From: Candidatus Latescibacterota bacterium
Lineage (GTDB): Bacteria; Latescibacterota; UBA2968; UBA8231
Direction: 5' to 3'
DNA: 64,000 bases
Assembly (NCBI GenBank): GCA_965203175.1
Contig: OZ241867.1
Coordinates: 5,184,001 to 5,248,000 of the forward strand
How positions within the stretch are numbered: the first letter of the stretch is position 1; the number at the start of each line of letters is the position of its first letter. Positions 47,026-54,658 of the stretch are shown one piece after another. Made by a program: the position numbers and the translations under genes. The notes beneath the pieces are model-generated. The model made no database searches. It was not told where the DNA came from and saw nothing but the letters and a program-made list of their open reading frames with translations.

Positions 47026-48054
47026 ATGCAGCCATTCGACAGCTACGCCGACTTACTCACCTGTATCCAAGACAACGGCCACACTCCACAAATCCTCGGC
47101 CGCGCGCCCGACGGCCAGCCCATTGTCGCAGTCAAGAGCGGCGGCGACAAAACACCGGCCATTTTCATCAGCGCCGGTAGCCACTCCACCGAACAAGCTG
47201 GCGTCAGCGCGGCCTACGCCCTCATCGACGAGATCGAGACCGAGCACCAGCTCTACACCATTCCCAGCCGCGACCCCATCGGCATGAACGGCCTCGCCTA
47301 CGCGCTCAGCCTGAGCCTAGACGAAGCCCCGAATCTCGGCGGCCTCGACGACGTCGCTCCCTTGCTCAGAAAGCGCGGCGAAGCCCTCTATGAAGAAGGC
47401 GATACCGTGGTCGCCCTGATCGGCGAGTACGGCTACGCAACAAGCAACCTGTACAACCATCCAGTCGGGGACTGGATCGAAGCGCTCAAGGGCCGTCGGC
47501 TCTACTTTCCCGCCAGCAATCCCGGCATCGAACGCGCGTACACGCTGGTAATTGACCCCGCCGGCGAAGTCCTCCACCTCAACCGCTTCCACGACACCTC
47601 TTGGGCACCCGTCGAATCGCGCTGCACCCGCGACCTAATGGCCGCCATACAGCCCGGTTTGACGCTGGACCTCCACGAGCACGGCGGCGATTTCTTCTGG
47701 TTTTCGGCGCGGCACCAGCGCACTCCCAGCGACCAACAGTGGGAGGAGACCATGTCCAGCGAGATGATCGCCGCGGTCGCGGCCTCTGGCGCGCCCCTCG
47801 CCCCAGACAATTATTTGCCCGGATCTTTTTTCACCAAGGGGCCGCGCAGCGTCTTCTGGCTCAATCCCCAGCAGCGCGGCGAGGGCCTCAACCTCGCCGA
47901 CTTTGCCGCGCACACCTACGGCTTGGCCTTCACCATTGAGACCGGCATGGAACTGCCCTTTGCCGAGCGGGTCCACACCGCAAAGATCGTCGTGCAAAAG
48001 GCCGTCGAGGTCTTTGCAAGACGCCACGCCGGATGCCCGTCGGCCACGCCCTAA
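47026..48054 (+). CDS. M14-like zinc carboxypeptidase/deacylase family protein
   Basis: AGSHSTEQ (HxxE), DPIG, LNR, LDLHE, TIETG. Confidence 0.72.
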   Translation: MQPFDSYADLLTCIQDNGHTPQILGRAPDGQPIVAVKSGGDKTPAIFISAGSHSTEQAGVSAAYALIDEIETEHQLYTIPSRDPIGMNGLAYALSLSLDEAPNLGGLDDVAPLLRKRGEALYEEGDTVVALIGEYGYATSNLYNHPVGDWIEALKGRRLYFPASNPGIERAYTLVIDPAGEVLHLNRFHDTSWAPVESRCTRDLMAAIQPGLTLDLHEHGGDFFWFSARHQRTPSDQQWEETMSSEMIAAVAASGAPLAPDNYLPGSFFTKGPRSVFWLNPQQRGEGLNLADFAAHTYGLAFTIETGMELPFAERVHTAKIVVQKAVEVFARRHAGCPSATP

Positions 48055-49289
48055 GCCGCTTTCGGCTGCGGGAGTTCAACCGCAATGTCCGGCTGTTTTT
48101 CGCTTTTGGCACCTCGATCAACGCCGGCATGGCGCTTTTTTCCCTGCTGTACAACCTCTATCTACTGCGCCTGAGCTATCAAGAGGACTTCATCGGCCAA
48201 GTCGCCAGCATGGCACCGTTGGCGAGCGGCCTATTGGCGATACCCACCGGCATCCTGAGCGACCGCCTCGGCCGTAAGCCCTTTCTCATAGCCTCGGGCC
48301 TGCTGCTGGCCATCTCCCAGTTGGGGCTGTGCTTGACCACGTCGCCGGGCGCGCTGCTGGCGTTCTCATTTGTCGGCGGCGTGGCCATGGCTTTCGTCTG
48401 GGTCAACCACGTACCCTTCCTCTCGGATAACGCCCACCCCGCGCGCCGCGCCGAAGCCCTCGCCATCTGGTCGGCCTTGCAAATAATCGTCCGCATGCTC
48501 TTGAGCCTAATCGGCGGATTCATGCCCGGGGTCATGGGCTACTTCCTCGGCCTTTCCACCGAGGTTCCTGACCCCTTCCGCTATGCGCTGTTCTTCGGCG
48601 CGGCTTTTTCGCTCATCGCCGTCGTGCCGCTGCTGTACGCATCTGGTCAAACCCGCCGCGAAAGAGCACCCGCGCCAACCCAGTCGCCGGATGAGAACGA
48701 GCCAACGACCTCGCCGTGGCGCGTCTTTGCCGCCATTACCGCCCTGAGCGGCACGCGCGGTTTCTCCATGGGGCTGACGTACCCGTTCTTCAACGTGTTC
48801 TTCGAGGCCGAGCTGGGCGTCGGGCCGGCTGCGATCGGCGCAATCTTCTTCCTCAGCCAACTCGCCGGCCTACCAGCGACCTTTGCCGCGCCAACGCTAG
48901 TGCGCCGCTTCGGGCCGACCTTGACCATTCTCCCAGCCCGCACCATGGGCGGCAGTGCCCTCGGGATCATGGGAGCCTTTATTAGTCTGCCGGTGGCCGT
49001 GCCCATGTTCCTACTCGCGCGCATCGGCGAAGTCATCGACAACCCGTCCGACCAGCACTTCTCTACCCAAGTGCTGCCTCGGCGCTTCTGGGCCCGGATC
49101 CAAGGTCTCCGCGTCTGCGGCTTCCAGATTTTGAGTTTCTTCGGCAGCCTCATCGGCGGCACGCTCATCCTCGACTATGGCTACGGGGCCGTCTTTGGCT
49201 TGGCCTGCGCGTCGCGGGTTGCCAGCGGCCTGATCATGGCGGCTTTTTTCGGGCTGCGGCCAGCGCGGTCTCTTGCAGGCGAGCGCTAG
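48033..49289 (+). CDS. MFS transporter
   Basis: GILSDRLGRK motif A, about 12 hydrophobic segments. Confidence 0.9.
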   Translation: MPVGHALSRFRLREFNRNVRLFFAFGTSINAGMALFSLLYNLYLLRLSYQEDFIGQVASMAPLASGLLAIPTGILSDRLGRKPFLIASGLLLAISQLGLCLTTSPGALLAFSFVGGVAMAFVWVNHVPFLSDNAHPARRAEALAIWSALQIIVRMLLSLIGGFMPGVMGYFLGLSTEVPDPFRYALFFGAAFSLIAVVPLLYASGQTRRERAPAPTQSPDENEPTTSPWRVFAAITALSGTRGFSMGLTYPFFNVFFEAELGVGPAAIGAIFFLSQLAGLPATFAAPTLVRRFGPTLTILPARTMGGSALGIMGAFISLPVAVPMFLLARIGEVIDNPSDQHFSTQVLPRRFWARIQGLRVCGFQILSFFGSLIGGTLILDYGYGAVFGLACASRVASGLIMAAFFGLRPARSLAGER

Positions 49290-49370
49290 TACAGAAATCT
49301 AATCACCCACAACTCGCTAGAGTGCTTCCCGCACAACGACGAAGTTTCTATTGACACAGGCGCTCGGTTC

Positions 49371-49443
49371 TGGTAGTGGTTAGTGATTAGCAATCAGAGG
49401 TTAATAGGAGAGTGCTGTTGGCGACTAACCACTAACTGCTGAT
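49371..49443. repeat. inverted arrays of degenerate heptamers (hairpin)
   Basis: TAGTGGT-TAGTGAT-TAGCAAT-CAGAGGT facing ACTAACC-ACTAACT-GCTGATG. Perfect 11-bp inverted repeat at 49374-49384 and 49424-49434. Confidence 0.6.
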
Positions 49444-49467
49444 GAAAATCCCCACAAGAGGTCCCCC

Positions 49468-51432
49468 ATGCGATATGCGTTCGCTCTTGCATTAGTGCTA
49501 AGCGGTCTATCGGCGCGCTCATGGGCAGTAGATGAGTTTCGCCTCGGCGACACAGAGCCGTGGGCGACGTGGACCGGGCAACTGCGGATGATGGACGACG
49601 CTACCGACCCATCCGCACTCCAGCCGCGAGAACTCAAGCCCGGCGAAAACTTGCTCCCCCAATTGGGGCCTTGGTATCGCTGGCGCTCCCCCGGAGAATC
49701 CACGTATCGCTCGGGCGATGTCCGCATCTGGCGCGGCATCAACTACCTTCGCCCACGCGCCGAGCCACGCGACTTTATCGATGGCGACCCCGCGACCTTC
49801 TTTGCGGCGCAATCCTACTCCGAGTACAACGAATTCTACACCATTGACCTCGGCGTATCCGCGCCAGTGGATCGCTTTGCGTTCTATCCACCCGAGGGCC
49901 GCGACGCGCTCACCCAAGAGCCGTATCGCCCCAACTTCGCCTTTGCCAAATACGAACTCTCCGGCAGCCTCGATCCAGTCGGTGTCGCAAAGGAAGAAGG
50001 TACCCACTACCGGCCTTTGGACATCCTGCTAGCCAGCGTCGATCTGAACACCGAAGCCGTCGTAAATATCGAGTTCCCACTGCAATACCTGCGCTTTCTG
50101 CGCATTTACTTCTTACCAGACAGCGGCTCGTTCTACGCCAAGTTCGCCTTGGCCGAGCTAGAGGTGTCCGGCCGGGGATTCCCGCCGCAGGCCGTGTGGA
50201 CGTCGCAAGTGATCGATTTAGGGCAAACAGTCAACATTGGGCACGTGCGCTTTGGCGCGAGCAAGTGGCGGCGCGAAGGCGACCAACTCGCGGCTGCGCC
50301 CGATGCACCCACATCCGCGCAAGTAGAAATCAAAACCGGCCTAGACCCCACCCCCACTGGCTATCACGGATACGACGACATCGGCCAGCTCGTGGAAGTA
50401 ACGCAAAGCGCATACGAACGGCTCAAGCAGCGCACCTGGCCTTGGGATCCCCCGGCCGTGGGCTGGCGCGGCCCCATCATCGACGACGCGGACAACTGGA
50501 GCTTTTGGTCGCCGCCGCTGCGCCGTTCCGGCGAGTCGCCCCGAGTGCCGAGCGGCCGCTACCTGCAGTTGCGCGTGACCTTAGCAACCGAAACACTGTG
50601 GGATTTTACGCGCTTGGATTCGCTGGCGATTGCGCATTCTCCACTGCTGGCCGAGCGGGTGGTAGGCGAGATAGCTGCGGCCAGCAACCTACAGCCCATA
50701 GGCCATATCGCCGAGGTGCCAGCCGGGCAAAAGATCGAGTTGGTCTGCGACCTGCGGGCCGAGTTCACGGCGGAACAAGCCGGTTTTGACGCGGTGCGTT
50801 TAGCCCTGCCCAGCGCGGGTGCCCTGCTCGGCTTGGAGATGGGCGATCCCCTGCAGTCAGTGAGTGCCGACAGCGTAATCACCGAACCCGAGGGCCTAGC
50901 GATCTACTTGCCCGAACCCATTCACGACGGAGGCGCACAGACGCTGCGCTTGCACTTGGAAACCGTCATGTACACGGCCTCAAACACTGTGCAAGCCGAG
51001 GTGTTTTCACGCTCCGGGCAGATTCTGCCGCAGCAAGTAGAAGGAGGGGACGCCAGCGACGCCTTGGGCACGGATCAACTGCGCATGGTCGCCATCGGCC
51101 GGGCGTTGGATGAGGTGTTGGGCGCGATAGAGGTGCAGCCGACCGCGTTCACCCCGCAGGGCGACGGCATCAACGACCACGTAACGATCCAGTACAACTT
51201 GTTCCGCTTGCTAGCTCCCGCCGAGGTAGAGTTAGAAATCTACGCGCTCGACGGCCGCTCCACGTGGCGGCAAGCCCTCGGTGTACAGCTCAACGGGCAC
51301 CATCGTGCAATGTGGAATGGGCGCGACGCAGAAGACCAACTCGTCGCACCCGGGATATACGTCGTGCAAGTGCGCGCCCAAACGGACCAAGGGCAATGGA
51401 CGCAGGAACGCAGCCTCGCCGTGGTCTATTGA
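49468..51432 (+). CDS. secreted FlgD-Ig C-terminal domain protein ('type A' paralogue)
   Basis: Signal peptide, ALQPREL, IDGD, NWSFWS, FTPQGDGIND...WNGRD..PGIY...LAVVY*. Colinear with 59683-61695. Confidence 0.75.
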   Translation: MRYAFALALVLSGLSARSWAVDEFRLGDTEPWATWTGQLRMMDDATDPSALQPRELKPGENLLPQLGPWYRWRSPGESTYRSGDVRIWRGINYLRPRAEPRDFIDGDPATFFAAQSYSEYNEFYTIDLGVSAPVDRFAFYPPEGRDALTQEPYRPNFAFAKYELSGSLDPVGVAKEEGTHYRPLDILLASVDLNTEAVVNIEFPLQYLRFLRIYFLPDSGSFYAKFALAELEVSGRGFPPQAVWTSQVIDLGQTVNIGHVRFGASKWRREGDQLAAAPDAPTSAQVEIKTGLDPTPTGYHGYDDIGQLVEVTQSAYERLKQRTWPWDPPAVGWRGPIIDDADNWSFWSPPLRRSGESPRVPSGRYLQLRVTLATETLWDFTRLDSLAIAHSPLLAERVVGEIAAASNLQPIGHIAEVPAGQKIELVCDLRAEFTAEQAGFDAVRLALPSAGALLGLEMGDPLQSVSADSVITEPEGLAIYLPEPIHDGGAQTLRLHLETVMYTASNTVQAEVFSRSGQILPQQVEGGDASDALGTDQLRMVAIGRALDEVLGAIEVQPTAFTPQGDGINDHVTIQYNLFRLLAPAEVELEIYALDGRSTWRQALGVQLNGHHRAMWNGRDAEDQLVAPGIYVVQVRAQTDQGQWTQERSLAVVY

Positions 51433-51462
51433 AACGCGCTTTTTACCTCGCAATCACCAAGT

Positions 51463-53034
51463 TCATCGACGGCGACGGGAAGCTCTGCGCTGCTGCGGAC
51501 AGTCACTGAAGTCCCGGCGCGGGTCCTGGCTGACCACATCTGGAAAATCGAGCGGCTGGTCCGCTTCTACCAGCATCCCGTCCCCACGCATGATCTGGTT
51601 AGACGTTCGAGGCTTTACCCGACTCGGATACTGCTTGCGATATTGCGCGCTTTCCCGCCTAGTCGACTCGATGGATTCCGCAAAATCAAAGCTATCGAAG
51701 AGCACGGACTTGAGTTCCTTCAGTTCGGCGGCCGTTCCCCCGGCGGCGCAGCCTACCAGATTGCGCTGCTCGTCCGGATCGTCTATCAGGTCGAAGGCCA
51801 GGTCCTCGTAGGTGTGGCAGGCAATGTACTTGTAGCGCTGCGAGCGGATCATGCGGTATCCTTTGCCCAAGTTTTCGACGATGACGCCGGGACGTGCTGC
51901 CAGAGCCGGGCAGACATCGCCCCGCACCGCCGGCGTCAAGTCAATGCCGTCCAGATCGTCGAGCAGGGGCGAGTCGGTCAGGCCGCAGAGCGTGGGAAAG
52001 ATATCGGCTAGGCTCACCGGTGCGGCGATTTCAGCCGACGAGAGCTGACCCCTGCGGTGCTCTGGCAGGGAGACGATCAGCGGCACCCGCGCAGAAGCTT
52101 CGTGCCAAGTCTGTTTCCACCACAGGCCATGCTCCCCAGCCAGTTCGCCATGGTCCGAGGTATAGACGATGACGGTGTTGTCGAGCAGCCCATCGCGCTC
52201 CAGAACCGCTAAAAAATCCCCTATGATTTCGTCCAACTGGTCTACGCAGGCAGCGTATGCCGCCCGGGCGCGCTGGGTCTGTTCTGCCGTGATCTCTTCG
52301 GCGGGATGCCCCTGGGACGCGCCGCTATCCGACCTCAGAGCCTCCAAGGTCACGGGGTGGTTCTGGGCGTCCCCGTTGCGACCCACCTTCGGTGGGGTAA
52401 CTCCCTCGGGATAGTAGCGCTCAAAAAAGCGCCGGGGTGCGTTCATCGGGAAGTGCGGGTGGACGAACGAGGTGTACATCAACCAGGGCTGGTCCGGGTG
52501 GGCATGGCGGTGCTCGCGCAGCCACGCCGTGGCTTCGCGCACGACAACCTGTTCCTGAAGCAGGGATTCGGGGATATCGCTAAGACCGGCATCCTCGATG
52601 ATGGAGGGCATGAAGATGTGATCTTGGATCCCAGGCAGAAAAAGTGGGTCTTTCTGATGGCCTGGCGAAGGCGCGTCAAAGTCGCCGTAGGGGCGGGCCC
52701 CGAAGCCGGCGTACTGACGGGAGCCCTGCAGATGCATCTTGCCGACGGCGGCCGTGGCGTAGCCGTGCTGCCCCAAGTGCGAAGCAAAGGTCGGGGTGTC
52801 GGGCCACAGGACCGGGCAGCGGTGCGGGTGTCGGCCGGACAGCATCGACATGCGGCTGGGCGTGCACAAGGGCATCTGGCAATAGGCGGTTTCGAAGTGG
52901 ACACCCTGCTGGATGAGGCGGTCAAGCGTCGGCGTGCGGCAGGGTTCGCCGCCGCGCTCCGGAGGGCGAGCCGAGAGGAAGCGGAAACTGTGTTCATCAC
53001 TGAGAAGGAAGAGAATATTAGGGCGATTGGGCAT
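51463..53034 (-). CDS. sulfatase (choline-sulfatase-like, Cys-type)
   Basis: RPNILFLLSDEH, CTPSRMSMLSG, GKMHL, HPHFP, TSDHGELAGEHGLWWK, EASARVPL. Confidence 0.92.
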   Translation of the reverse strand: MPNRPNILFLLSDEHSFRFLSARPPERGGEPCRTPTLDRLIQQGVHFETAYCQMPLCTPSRMSMLSGRHPHRCPVLWPDTPTFASHLGQHGYATAAVGKMHLQGSRQYAGFGARPYGDFDAPSPGHQKDPLFLPGIQDHIFMPSIIEDAGLSDIPESLLQEQVVVREATAWLREHRHAHPDQPWLMYTSFVHPHFPMNAPRRFFERYYPEGVTPPKVGRNGDAQNHPVTLEALRSDSGASQGHPAEEITAEQTQRARAAYAACVDQLDEIIGDFLAVLERDGLLDNTVIVYTSDHGELAGEHGLWWKQTWHEASARVPLIVSLPEHRRGQLSSAEIAAPVSLADIFPTLCGLTDSPLLDDLDGIDLTPAVRGDVCPALAARPGVIVENLGKGYRMIRSQRYKYIACHTYEDLAFDLIDDPDEQRNLVGCAAGGTAAELKELKSVLFDSFDFAESIESTRRESAQYRKQYPSRVKPRTSNQIMRGDGMLVEADQPLDFPDVVSQDPRRDFSDCPQQRRASRRRR

Positions 53035-53082
53035 GGGTATAGCTCCTGTAGAAGTTAGATCATCACTTGGGCAAAGCTCTAC

Positions 53083-53111
53083 AAAAAAAGCCCCTGATTA
53101 CTCAGGGGCTT
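53083..53111 (-). terminator. Rho-independent terminator downstream of tRNA-Val
   Basis: Stem AAGCCCCTGA/TCAGGGGCTT with a T7 tail on the minus strand. Confidence 0.85.
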
Positions 53112-53117
53112 GTAGAG

Positions 53118-53194
53118 TGGTGGGCGATCCCAGACTCGAACTGGGGACATCCTGCTTGTAAGGCAGGCGCTCTGACCAACTGAGCTAACCGCCC
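53118..53194 (-). tRNA. trnV: tRNA-Val (anticodon TAC)
   Basis: GGGCGGTTAGCTCAGTTGGT...CCTGC-CT-TAC-AA-GCAGG...GTTCGAGT...CGCCC-A-CCA, 77 nt. Confidence 0.97.
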
Positions 53195-53247
53195 GGCTTT
53201 TAAGCATAGTTATTCCAGCCCTTATACGCAAAGCGAGCGACGTCCAT

Positions 53248-54651
53248 TTACTGCTCATCAGCCGCGGTGATTTGTTCATACCGGGCAATGGCCTCCCCCG
53301 CCTCAGCGTGCAGCCCCTGTTCCCTATAAACCATAGCCAGCCCGTAATACGCATCGGCATAGTCCGGGCGAATCCGCAACGCGCGTTGGTAGCACGCCAG
53401 CGCCTCGTGCGGTTGGCCATTGAGTAGCTGGGCACTTCCCAAATTGTTGTAGGCTAGCGCGTACGCCGTGTCAATGCGGACGGCGACTTCGTACATTGCG
53501 ATGGCTTCCCCGGTATCTCCCATGCGCAAATACGCATTGCCAAGATTGTTGTACGCCGGCGCGTAATCCGGCCGCACAGCGAGACAGCTTCTCAGGGCAC
53601 TGATTGCCAAGGAGGGCATATTCAGTTTGGCGTAAATCCCGGCCAAGGCGTAATGGGCCAAGGCGTTATCCGGCTCTCGCCGCAGTCGGTCTCTGAGTTG
53701 AGCTAGATCGTCAGCATGGGGTGCCAACTCTTCAAAGCGGCTCAAGTACTGTTGAGCTTCCTCCTTTCTTCCCTGTCTGACGTAGAGCGTACCTAACTTG
53801 AAATAGGTCCGCGCCCGCACCGGATCCAAGGAGATGGCGCGCAGATAATGCGCCTCGGCGAGCGTCTCGGCGCGTCGTCGCTCCTCGGCCAACCCCAAGC
53901 CTACATGGGCTTGGGCCGCGCTCGGATCGAGGGCGAGGGCCGCGCCAAAAGCCGTTGTGGCCGCATCTACTTGGCCAGCTTGCAGCAGGGCGTAGCCTAG
54001 GCCTATCCGCGCGCTAGGCCAATCCGCTCTCAGCGCCACTGCTCGCCTAAACGCCGCGATACCTTCTTGGTACTCGCCGAGACGCTCGGCGTAGATCTGG
54101 CCTAGGGCGTAAAATGCCAAACTGTACCCCGTATCAATGCGAGTAGCCTGCCGCAGGGCTGTAATCGCCTCGTAGTACGCCTTGAGCTTGATGTAAGCCA
54201 AGCCAAGATTGTAGAACGCCCCGGCATTTTCTGGATCGAGTGCCAGCGCCTGTCGATACAAATCGCGGCTGTGGGCGTATTCCTCTTGTTCCAAGGCCAA
54301 ACTGGCCAAGCTACACAACGCACCCATGTGCTCGTCGTCCAGCGAGAGGGCACTGCGAAAATGGCTTTCGGCCTGCTCGTATAGACCCTGTTTGCAGGAG
54401 ATATTCCCCAGCCCGACCCAAGCGTCCGCAGTCATCGGATTGATGCTCAGAGCCGTGCGGTAGTGGTGGTCTGCCCCTTGGTAGTCGCGCTCGCGCAAGA
54501 GTAGATCGGCCAGTTGCCAATGGGCTTCGCCATCCTGCGGATGCCGTTCCAGCCACATTTGGTAGTCGGTCTTGGTCGTGGGGGGACGCTCGCACGCGAT
54601 CAGCATAGCCAGCGCGGTCCCCAAGAGAACAGATGGACGGGTCCTGCCCAT
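53248..54651 (-). CDS. tetratricopeptide-repeat lipoprotein
   Basis: Lipobox LIAC, about 12 TPR units (A.YNLG, AYNNLG, A....P). Confidence 0.9.
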   Translation of the reverse strand: MGRTRPSVLLGTALAMLIACERPPTTKTDYQMWLERHPQDGEAHWQLADLLLRERDYQGADHHYRTALSINPMTADAWVGLGNISCKQGLYEQAESHFRSALSLDDEHMGALCSLASLALEQEEYAHSRDLYRQALALDPENAGAFYNLGLAYIKLKAYYEAITALRQATRIDTGYSLAFYALGQIYAERLGEYQEGIAAFRRAVALRADWPSARIGLGYALLQAGQVDAATTAFGAALALDPSAAQAHVGLGLAEERRRAETLAEAHYLRAISLDPVRARTYFKLGTLYVRQGRKEEAQQYLSRFEELAPHADDLAQLRDRLRREPDNALAHYALAGIYAKLNMPSLAISALRSCLAVRPDYAPAYNNLGNAYLRMGDTGEAIAMYEVAVRIDTAYALAYNNLGSAQLLNGQPHEALACYQRALRIRPDYADAYYGLAMVYREQGLHAEAGEAIARYEQITAADEQ

Positions 54652-54658
54652 CGCCCTG

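Noticed and set aside
53118-53194. tRNA-Val as an island integration site
   Set aside because: No integrase and no duplicated tRNA 3' end were seen in the window.
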